Source of the DNA: Clostridiales bacterium
Lineage (GTDB): Bacteria > Bacillota > Clostridia > Christensenellales > Aristaeellaceae
Assembly: GCA_004552515.1 (NCBI GenBank)
Contig: SFOF01000002.1
Span: 1-59,733, forward strand
Direction: 5' to 3'
Length of the DNA stretch: 59,733 nucleotides
Numbering within the stretch: the first letter of the stretch is position 1; every line of letters begins with the position of its first letter. The notes under the pieces are model-generated. The model searched no databases. It was given only the letters and a program-made list of their open reading frames with translations, and had not been told where the DNA came from. Of the stretch, positions 37,455-45,294 are shown one piece after another. The translations under genes were made by a program, and so were the position numbers.

Positions 37455-38172
37455 GGACTTGCGCGGCGATTGCAATCATCGCGGCATTGGCGCGCGATTC
37501 GTCACGCTCGAGGGAGAATCCCGCTGAGTGTGCGGCGTTCAGACGCTCCTGAAAATCGCGGCGGATGAAGCGAAGAGCGCCGCGCCCTTGTGAAAAAACG
37601 CTTGAACTTGCGGCCCTGCTTTTCGGACGCGTTTGGGGCGCGGGTGGTTTGCGCGCACGAAGCGCCGGATTCAGCCGCCGCCGCGGGATTGTTTTCCGGC
37701 TTGCAGAGCTGGACTTGAGCCGCGCGGCGCGGAGATGGCTTTGGGATGCGTTCGGAAAATTCCTGGAGGCTTCTCTTGCACTGTTTCTGCGTTCGGGGGC
37801 CTGATTGAGCGCCGTTAAGTCCTGAAGCTGGCCTCGAAGCCCTCAAAATTCAAGGATTTCCCAGAGAGATTAGGCCGCTGAACCTCAGAGGGCTTCAAAC
37901 GCCGCGCTCTTGCCCAGCGGCCGCGTGGTTTTTCCCTTTGAGGGAGCGTGTGTCAGAGCGTGCTTCGTCCTTCACGTGGGAGTCGCCTTCTGATTTGCTT
38001 CCACTGAACCGGCACCCGCTTCCCCTTTGAAACGCGCACCGCGTCCGTCGCCCTTCAAAACGGCCGGATGGAGCCGCGTAAATCGCTTCCATGAAATATA
38101 TGACATATTATAAAAATACGCAACAATCACAAAGGTGCGAGCGTCGAACCTGACAACGAACCGCATAACGAG

Positions 38173-39226
38173 GTGAACATCCCCTTGAAACGCTTTTTAT
38201 CCTGGCTTCTGATCGCGCTGCTCGTTCCCATGCTTGCATCGGCGCAGAGTGTTCCGGCCAACCCCATGGCGACGCGCGGCGAAAGCGTCTACGTCATCCC
38301 CACGCCGTCCCCGGAGCCGACGGCCACACCCGCGCCGACCGCCACACCCGCGCCGACCGCCACGCCCGCGCCGACGGCCACGCCCACGCCGACGGCCACG
38401 CCCCTACCTGATCGGCACGGGCGAGCTGATGGACTCGGTGGAGGGCGTGCGCAACATACTGCTTGTGGGCGTGGACGCGCGTCCGGGCGAGACGAAATCG
38501 CGCTCGGACACAATCATCATACTGACAATAGACGGCAACAACAACGTCATCAAGCTGACGTCGCTTTTGCGCGATCTCTACGTATCCATTCCCGATCACG
38601 GCAACAACCGCATCAACGTCGCCTGGGTATACGGCGAGTTCGATCTGCTGCGCCAGACCATCCGCGAAAATTTCGGGCTGGACGTGACGGAATATGTCGA
38701 GGTCGATCTGACGCTGCTGGTCGATCTGATCGATCAGATCGGCGGGCTGACGCTGAACGTCGGATCCGAAAAGCAGAGAAAGGCCATCAACGGCGTGATC
38801 GACGCCTACAACTATCAGTTCCACGAGCCGAACAACGATGGGCTGGTCACGTCGCTGGGCGAGCAGGCGATGAACGGCAAGCAGGTCATGGCCTACGCGC
38901 GCTATCGCAAGATCGATTCCGACTTCAAGCGCAGCGAGCGCCAGCGCGAGGTGCTGAGCAAGATCTTTGACAAGATCAAGGGAATGTCCCTGATCGAGCT
39001 GACCCGGCTGGCCGCCTATGCGGTCGATCGCGTTGAAACCAATCTCTCGCTCAACGATATTGTCTCGCTGATTCCGGTCATGTACGGCATGAAGGACGCG
39101 CCCATCGAGCAGCTGACTCTGCCCTATGAGGGTGAATATCAGAGCAGAACCGTCTCCGGCATGGCCGTGCTGGTGCCCAATCTTTCGGCGGCGCAGACCC
39201 GGCTGGAGGCGTTCATTTACGGATGA
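38173..39226 (+). pseudogene. LytR-CpsA-Psr (LCP) family phosphotransferase, apparently frameshifted
   Basis: Frame 1 (from 38173 or TTG 38185) encodes the signal/TM (KRFLSWLLIALLVPMLASAQS) and the PT linker. The LCP domain (ILLVGVDARPGETKSRSDTIIILTID...RINVAWVYG) is in the +1 frame from about 38402. The switch coincides with the CCCC run at 38401-38404. Confidence 0.7.
38317..38404 (+). repeat. 18-bp tandem repeat (about 4.9 copies) encoding PTATPA
   Basis: Units begin at 38317, 38335, 38353, 38371 and 38389 (ccgacggccacacccgcg and variants). The array ends at the frameshift site. Confidence 0.8.
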
Positions 39227-39229
39227 GGC

Positions 39230-39281
39230 GCGGCGCGAACACATCATTTAATGGGAAATGATCTGTTCGCGCCGCTTTTTC
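39230..39281 (+). terminator. Strong rho-independent terminator after the LCP gene
   Basis: A 19-bp stem (one mismatch) pairs gcggcgcgaacacatcatt with aatgatctgttcgcgccgc and is followed by TTTTTCTCTT. Confidence 0.8.
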
Positions 39282-39283
39282 TC

Positions 39284-39313
39284 TTGTACGAGGCGGGCGC
39301 TTCGTGCTATAAT
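39284..39313 (+). promoter_or_regulatory. Sigma-A type promoter, TTGTAC-N18-(TGc)TATAAT
   Basis: ttgtac lies at 39284-39289 and tataat at 39308-39313, with TG at -15/-14. Confidence 0.45.
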
Positions 39314-39369
39314 AGGCTTACTCATGATGGAGAAGTATGTCCACTTAATTTTGAGGAGGATTCACGCAT

Positions 39370-40851
39370 ATGAAAACGCTTCGTCTGATGGGTTTCGATT
39401 TCGGCGCGTCGAGCGGCCGCGCCATGCTGGGCACCTATGACGGCAAAACGCTCCAGCTGGAGGAGCTGCACCGCTTCTCAAACGATCCGGTGATGCTGAA
39501 CGGCCGCTTTGTGTGGGACGTGCAGCGCCTGTTCTTTGAAATGAAGGCCGCGCTGCTCAAGGCGGTCAGGGCCGGCATCAAGCTGGACGGCATCGGCATC
39601 GACACCTGGGGCGTCGATTTTGGCCTGCTGGACAAAAACGGCGCTCTCCTGGGCATCCCGGTCAACTACCGCGACGCGCGCACTGACAACATGATGGAAG
39701 AGGCCTTCAAGATCGTGCCCAAGGAGGAAATCTTTGAGGAAACCGGCCTGGCCTTCATGCAGTTCAACACGCTTTATCAGCTGCTCGCCATGAAGAAGAT
39801 GGGCGATCCCACGCTGGACGTGGCCGACACCATGCTCTTCATGCCCGATCTGCTGGCCTATTTCCTGACCGGCGAGAAGGCGACCGAATACACCATCGCC
39901 TCCACCAGCCAGCTCATCAACCCGCACACCCGCGACTGGGCGTACGGCCTGATTGAAAAGTTCGGCCTGCCCACGAAAATGCTCACGAAGATCCAGCCCG
40001 CCGGCACCGTGCGCGGCCTGCTGCTCAAGCAGATCGCCGACGAGGTGGGCATGGAGCAGGTGCCCGTGATCGCCGTCGGCTCGCACGACACCGCGTCCGC
40101 CGTGGCCGCCGTGCCCGCGCGCGAAGGCTCCTCCTTTGCCTACATCAGCTCCGGCACCTGGTCGCTCCTGGGCGCGGAGATCACCGAGCCGCTCTCCAGC
40201 GTCGAGGTCATGAAGGCCAACTACACCAACGAGGGCGGCATTAACGGCACCACTCGTCTGCTCAAGAACATCATGGGTCTGTGGATCATCCAGGAGTGCA
40301 AGCGCGAGTGGGATCGCCGCGCCGACGCGGTCGATTTCGCCGGGCTGGTCAAGCTGGCCGAAAAGGCGCCCGCGTTCAAGGCGGTCATCGACGTGGACGA
40401 TCCGCGCTTCCTCGCCCCCGGCAATATGCCCGCCCGTATTCAGGATTACTGCCGCGAGACGAATCAGCCCGTGCCCGAGGGCCGCGGCGAGATCTCCCGC
40501 GTGATTTACGAGTCGCTTGCGCTCAAGTATCGCTGGGCGATCGAGCGGCTGGAACAGGATCTGCTGCATAAGCGCATCGACGTGCTGCACATCGTCGGCG
40601 GCGGCAGCAAGAACGTCATGCTCAACCGCATGACCGCGGGCGCGATTCGCCGCCCCGTGATCGCCGGCCCCGGCGAGGGCACCGTCATCGGCAATCTGCT
40701 GGTGCAGGCCATGGCGCTGGGCGAGATCAAGTCCATCCCCGAGCTGCGCCAGGTCGTCGCCGCTTCGTTCGAGAACGTCGAGTATCTGCCCGAGGGCGAT
40801 CCGGCTGCCTGGGACGAGGCCTACGAGCGCCTGCTCAAGCTGGCTCACTGA
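39370..40851 (+). CDS. rhaB: Rhamnulokinase-like FGGY carbohydrate kinase
   Basis: The 493-aa product carries GFDFGASSGRAMLG, GIDTWGVDFGLLD and HIVGGGSKN. Confidence 0.7.
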   Translation: MKTLRLMGFDFGASSGRAMLGTYDGKTLQLEELHRFSNDPVMLNGRFVWDVQRLFFEMKAALLKAVRAGIKLDGIGIDTWGVDFGLLDKNGALLGIPVNYRDARTDNMMEEAFKIVPKEEIFEETGLAFMQFNTLYQLLAMKKMGDPTLDVADTMLFMPDLLAYFLTGEKATEYTIASTSQLINPHTRDWAYGLIEKFGLPTKMLTKIQPAGTVRGLLLKQIADEVGMEQVPVIAVGSHDTASAVAAVPAREGSSFAYISSGTWSLLGAEITEPLSSVEVMKANYTNEGGINGTTRLLKNIMGLWIIQECKREWDRRADAVDFAGLVKLAEKAPAFKAVIDVDDPRFLAPGNMPARIQDYCRETNQPVPEGRGEISRVIYESLALKYRWAIERLEQDLLHKRIDVLHIVGGGSKNVMLNRMTAGAIRRPVIAGPGEGTVIGNLLVQAMALGEIKSIPELRQVVAASFENVEYLPEGDPAAWDEAYERLLKLAH

Positions 40852-40860
40852 TCGACTCAT

Positions 40861-41268
40861 ATGATCGAGAGAAGCTCATTTCCGCAGGGCCAGCTGCCCG
40901 GTTCGCTGGAGCTGGCCTATGTGGGCGATACGCTGTGGGATCTCATGGTGCGCACGCGCCTTGTCCGGCAGGGCGGCACGATGAAAACGCTGCACCGCGC
41001 CGCCGTCGCGCGCGTCTGCGCCCATGCCCAGAGCGACGCGCTGGGGCGCATCGAGCCGCTGCTCACCGAGGATGAGGCGGGCGTCGTGCGCCGCGCGCGC
41101 AACGCCAAACAGTCGCCCACCAAAAACGCCGATCCGCACGACTACCACCGCGCCACCGCGCTGGAGGCGCTCATCGGCTATCTGTATCTCACCGGCCAGA
41201 CGGCGCGCATGGACGAACTGATGCGCGCCGCCCTGCCCGAGGACAGCGCCGCTGCGCCCATCGAATAG
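40861..41268 (+). CDS. mrnC: Mini-ribonuclease III
   Basis: It contains LAYVGDTLWDLMVRT, with HRATALEALIGYLYL near the C-terminus. Confidence 0.8.
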   Translation: MIERSSFPQGQLPGSLELAYVGDTLWDLMVRTRLVRQGGTMKTLHRAAVARVCAHAQSDALGRIEPLLTEDEAGVVRRARNAKQSPTKNADPHDYHRATALEALIGYLYLTGQTARMDELMRAALPEDSAAAPIE

Positions 41269-41301
41269 GCGCGTCGATTCCACACCCGGGAGGATATCGT
41301 C

Positions 41302-42045
41302 TTGCCAGAAGTTACACCCAACGTCAAATTGATCCGCTATACCCCCGCGCCCGAGGAACTGATCGCCATGGCCGGAAAGCTGTGCTATTCCGCAGCCGAT
41401 CTGGACGATCTCGGCGAGGGCGTGGCCGAAAGGGATCAGACGAAATACCTAAGCCGCCTGTCCGAGATGGGTCACTATTCCACATTCGAGCACGCCTCGT
41501 TCACCTTCGGCATAGAGGGCGTGTCCCGCAGCCTGCTGGCGCAGATCACGCGCCACCGCATCGCCAGCTTTTCCGTGCAGTCTCAGCGCTATGTGGCGCT
41601 GGGCGACGATGAAAACGGCTTTGATTACATCGTGCCGCCGCGCATCGCCGCGCTGGGCGAGGAAGCCGAAGCCGAGTATCATGCGCAGATGGCGCAGATG
41701 AACGCCTGGTATCAGACATGGCGCAAGCGGCTGGGCACCGGCGAGGCCAGCAACGAGGACGCGCGCTTCGTGCTGCCCAACGCCGCCGCCACACGGATGC
41801 TCGTGACCATGAACGCCCGCGAGCTGCTGCACTTTTTGAGCCTGCGCTGCTGCAACCGCGCGCAGTGGGAGATTCGCTCTGTTGCCTGGCAGATGCTTGC
41901 GCTGGCCTATGAGGCCGCTCCGGCGCTGTTTGGCAAGGCCGGCCCCGGCTGCCTGCGCGGCGCGTGCCCGGAGGGCAGGAAGTGCTGTGGCCATAGCGAC
42001 GAGGTGCGCGCCCGCTTTGAAGAGATCAAAAACGCGAAGCGCTGA
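41302..42045 (+). CDS. thyX: FAD-dependent thymidylate synthase ThyX
   Basis: The ThyX motif is RHRIASFSVQSQRY. The start is TTG with GGGAGGA 7 nt upstream. Confidence 0.9.
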   Translation: MPEVTPNVKLIRYTPAPEELIAMAGKLCYSAADLDDLGEGVAERDQTKYLSRLSEMGHYSTFEHASFTFGIEGVSRSLLAQITRHRIASFSVQSQRYVALGDDENGFDYIVPPRIAALGEEAEAEYHAQMAQMNAWYQTWRKRLGTGEASNEDARFVLPNAAATRMLVTMNARELLHFLSLRCCNRAQWEIRSVAWQMLALAYEAAPALFGKAGPGCLRGACPEGRKCCGHSDEVRARFEEIKNAKR

Positions 42046-42357
42046 CGCACAGCGCCCCTTTGCTCCGCGGCGCTTAAAGCCCGCAGTTTGACGCGCTCAT
42101 GCCGTGGCAAAGCGCCGTTCTGTCGCATTGTGCCTGAAGAAGCGCACGGCCTTGGCTGTGCGGCGAAGCTCGGCGCATTGTTCCCGTTTCCGAAGAGGGC
42201 TTTGCCGCCGGGGCGTTTACGCGTTGCCCTCTGAGGGACAGACCTTCCGTCAGAACGGGCCACTCAGACCTGAGCGCGGCAAAAAACGCTGAAACGGCAG
42301 CCTGACGACTGTTCAGGCAATTTTCGAGATACACGCGACCATATTGGAGGAATATCC

Positions 42358-43590
42358 ATGCCCTACGATAAAAACAGAGACTCCTTCCGCAACGACCGCA
42401 CGGGCGCGTCCGCCTATCGCGGCCCCCGTACCGGCGCGCCTCGCCGCGATGTGCCGCCCGCCGTGCGCGACGACGGCCCCAGCGGCCGACGTGGAGACGA
42501 TTTCCCTAAAAATCGCGATTTTAACCGCAATTATGAGGGACGCCGCCCTGAAAACAGGTCTTATAACCGCAATTACGAAGGCGATCGCCCTGGAAAGCGC
42601 GATTTCCACCGCGATTTTGAAGGCCGTCGCCCTGAAAAGCGTGATTTCGACCGCGGTTTTGAAGGCCGCCGCCCTGAAAAGCCCGCCTTCGAGCGCAAAT
42701 ACGACAACCGCCGCCCCGCGCCCGCGGATCACCGTCCGCCGCAGCCTGAACGCCGTCCGTATGCCGCGCCGGTGGATCGTCCGCCGCAGCCTGAGCGCCG
42801 TCCGTATGCCGCGCCGGAAGCGCCCGCGTTCCGCCCAGCGCCCATAGCGTCCGCGCCCGAGATGCCCGAAAATCTGCTGGTGGGGCGCAATCCCATCCGC
42901 GAGGCCATCAAGGCGGGGCGTGAAATCGAGAAGCTGCTGGTCGCCAGGGGCGATTTGTCCGGCTCCGCGCGCGAAATTGTGGCCAAGGCGCACGAGGCGC
43001 GCATCGTCGTGCAGGAGGTGGATCGCTCGCGGCTGGACGCGATCTATCCCAACCATCAGGGGCTGATCGCCTATACGGCGGCGGCGCGCTATGCGCAGCT
43101 GGAGGACGTATTTGACCGCGCGGCCGAGCGGCACGAGGATCCGTTCATCGTCATACTGGACGGCGTAACCGATCCGCACAACCTGGGCGCGATCATCCGA
43201 ACCGCCGAGTGTGTCGGCGCGCACGGCGTGATCGTGCCGGAGCGCCGCAGCGCGGGCCTGACTCCCGCGGCGGTCAAGGCGGCGGCGGGCGGCTGCGAAT
43301 ACATGAACGTGGTGCGCGTGGTCAACCTGAACCGCACGATGGAGGAGCTGAAGGAGCGCGGCGTGTGGATCGTCGGCACGACACTCAGCGGCGAGAATGC
43401 TCTGCGCGCCGATCTGACCGGCCCCATCGCGCTGGTGATCGGCTCAGAGGATACCGGTATTGCCGATCTGACGCTCAAAAAGTGTGACCGGCTGCTGTCG
43501 CTGCCCATGGCGGGGCATCTCGATTCGCTCAACGCGTCCGTCGCGGCGGGCGTCATGATGTACGCCGTCATGAACGCGCGAAGGGGCTGA
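42358..43590 (+). CDS. rlmB: 23S rRNA (guanosine-2'-O)-methyltransferase RlmB (TrmH/SpoU family) with a roughly 165-aa repetitive Arg/Pro/Glu-rich N-terminal extension
   Basis: The SpoU core is ILDGVTDPHNLGAIIRTAE...LVIGSEDTGI...SLNASVAAGV. The strong RBS ggagga precedes ATG 42358. Confidence 0.85.
   Translation: MPYDKNRDSFRNDRTGASAYRGPRTGAPRRDVPPAVRDDGPSGRRGDDFPKNRDFNRNYEGRRPENRSYNRNYEGDRPGKRDFHRDFEGRRPEKRDFDRGFEGRRPEKPAFERKYDNRRPAPADHRPPQPERRPYAAPVDRPPQPERRPYAAPEAPAFRPAPIASAPEMPENLLVGRNPIREAIKAGREIEKLLVARGDLSGSAREIVAKAHEARIVVQEVDRSRLDAIYPNHQGLIAYTAAARYAQLEDVFDRAAERHEDPFIVILDGVTDPHNLGAIIRTAECVGAHGVIVPERRSAGLTPAAVKAAAGGCEYMNVVRVVNLNRTMEELKERGVWIVGTTLSGENALRADLTGPIALVIGSEDTGIADLTLKKCDRLLSLPMAGHLDSLNASVAAGVMMYAVMNARRG
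42733..42817 (+). repeat. 45-bp direct duplication inside the rlmB extension
   Basis: cgtccgccgcagcctgaRcgccgtccgtatgccgcgccgg occurs at 42733-42772 and 42778-42817 with one mismatch. It encodes RPPQPERRPYAAP twice. Confidence 0.85.
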
Positions 43591-43593
43591 GCC

Positions 43594-44124
43594 ATGGCCA
43601 GGTCAAGGCTGCTGCTGTTGGACGGCTACAACGTGCTGGGCGCCTGGCCGGAGCTTTCGAAGGGAAAGCCGCTCGCCGACGCGCGCGACGCGCTGATCCA
43701 CCGCCTGCACGACTACGCGGGCTATTCGGGGCAGAGGGTCATACTGGTTTTCGACGCCTGGCAGTCCGACCGGATGCAGCGCTCGATTGAAGAGCGCGGG
43801 CCGCTGACCGTCGTGTTCACGCAAAAGGGCGAGACAGCCGACCACTACATCGAGCGCCGGTGCGACGAGTATGCGCGTGCCGTGGAGCTTGGCCGGCTGG
43901 AAATCCGCGTGGCTACGTCGGACAACACGGAGCAGACGGTGGTATTCGGGCGCGGCGCGATCCGCATCAGCTCGCGGGAGCTGATCTATGAAATGCGTCA
44001 GGCGCGGCAGGACGGGGGACAATACATCCGTCCCGCCGTCAGGTCGGGGCGCAGCACGGTGCTGGAGCACTTGCCTGAGGCGGTGCGCAGCCAGATTGAA
44101 AAACTTCGGCGGGGAGAAACGTAA
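43594..44124 (+). CDS. NYN-domain ribonuclease YacP/Rae1-like
   Basis: The N-terminus is LLLLDGYNVLGAWPEL. It sits between rlmB and sigH as in Bacillus. Confidence 0.8.
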   Translation: MARSRLLLLDGYNVLGAWPELSKGKPLADARDALIHRLHDYAGYSGQRVILVFDAWQSDRMQRSIEERGPLTVVFTQKGETADHYIERRCDEYARAVELGRLEIRVATSDNTEQTVVFGRGAIRISSRELIYEMRQARQDGGQYIRPAVRSGRSTVLEHLPEAVRSQIEKLRRGET

Positions 44125-44754
44125 ATGGACGAAAACGCACGGTTCAAGGACATGACGGACGAGGAGATTGCCGCGCTGGCGCAGGCCTCGGACGGCGAGG
44201 CGCTGGAATATCTGCTCAACAAATACAAGAACTTTGTCCGTTCGCGGGCGCGCAGCTATTTCCTGATCGGCGCGGACCACGAGGACATCGTTCAGGAGGG
44301 CATGATCGGCCTGTACAAGGCGATCCGCGATTACCGCAGCGAGAAGCTGTCCTCCTTCCGGGCATTTGCGGAGCTGTGCGTCACGCGCCAGATCATCACG
44401 GCCATCAAGACCGCCACGCGCCAGAAACACATTCCGCTCAACTCCTACGTTTCCCTCAACAAGCCGATCTACGACGATGAGAACGAGCGCACGCTGATCG
44501 ACGTCATCAGCGAGGAACTGGCGGCCAATCCCGAGGAGCTGCTGATCTCCCGCGAGGACATATCGCTCATCGAGGGCCGCATCGGCGACACGCTCTCGCC
44601 GCTGGAGAAGCAGGTGCTGCTGCGCTATCTGGACGGCAAATCCTATCAGGACATCTCGGCGGAGCTGGGGCGGCACGTCAAATCGATCGACAACGCCCTT
44701 CAGCGCGTCAAGCGCAAGCTGCAAAAGCTGCTGCTCGAGCAGCACCGGGAGTGA
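44125..44754 (+). CDS. sigH: Sporulation/transition-state sigma factor SigH
   Basis: Sigma-70 region 2 is DHEDIVQEGMIGLYKAIRDY and region 4 is SYQDISAELGRHVKSIDNALQRVKRKL. The synteny is conserved. Confidence 0.85.
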   Translation: MDENARFKDMTDEEIAALAQASDGEALEYLLNKYKNFVRSRARSYFLIGADHEDIVQEGMIGLYKAIRDYRSEKLSSFRAFAELCVTRQIITAIKTATRQKHIPLNSYVSLNKPIYDDENERTLIDVISEELAANPEELLISREDISLIEGRIGDTLSPLEKQVLLRYLDGKSYQDISAELGRHVKSIDNALQRVKRKLQKLLLEQHRE

Positions 44755-44759
44755 GAGCC

Positions 44760-45002
44760 ATGCTGAAGCGCCTTTACGACATACTGTCCGTCGCGCTGTG
44801 GTGCGCCGTCGGAGTTTTTGCCGGCACAAGTCTGTACGTCGTTTTCGACTACATTGCGCGTCCCGATCTGTACGCCATGGCATCCGCGCCGTGGTATTCG
44901 GTGATCATCGTCAACGCGCTGCTCTCGGCGGCGGTGATTGGGCTGCTGCTCATCGGACGCCTTTTGATAAAGCGTCGCCTGAAGCGCGAAAAGCGTGGCT
45001 GA
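44760..45002 (+). CDS. Small two-TM membrane protein
   Basis: This 80-aa ORF starts 6 nt after the sigH stop. It has two hydrophobic segments and a basic C-terminus. Confidence 0.4.
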   Translation: MLKRLYDILSVALWCAVGVFAGTSLYVVFDYIARPDLYAMASAPWYSVIIVNALLSAAVIGLLLIGRLLIKRRLKREKRG

Positions 45003-45214
45003 CGGCGCGGCCTTTCCGCATACTTTTTGGCCTGTCGAAGCGCCCTCGGGGTGTTTTGGACAGGCCTTTTTGCACGCTGAACGGGCGTTATAAATCTGCC
45101 GGTTCGGCCGCAGGGGATGAGAAGCGCTTGGCGAGGGGCAGGGCGCGGAAAGGGCATGGACAAATCGGGTGGGGGACGAAGCGTGCGGCCTGGCGTTTTC
45201 GAGATATATTAAAA

Positions 45215-45245
45215 CCGGGTCTGCCGGAAACGGCAGACCCTTTAT
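45215..45245. terminator. Bidirectional terminator
   Basis: gggtctgccg-gaaa-cggcagaccc (45217-45240) is flanked by AAAACC and TTTAT. It lies between convergent genes. Confidence 0.7.
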
Positions 45246-45294
45246 ATGAACGCCCCTGCCGGATCCTATCGGATCGGACAGTGCGGGGCGGGCG

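Noticed and set aside
38173-38970. The 265-aa frame-1 ORF as an intact gene, and 38234..39226 as an independent intact gene.
   Set aside because: Past 38404 the frame-1 product is Arg/Gly-rich nonsense. The frame-2 N-terminus is the off-frame reading of the PT repeat (RRPRPRRRP) and lacks any membrane anchor. Together they make one frameshifted LCP gene.
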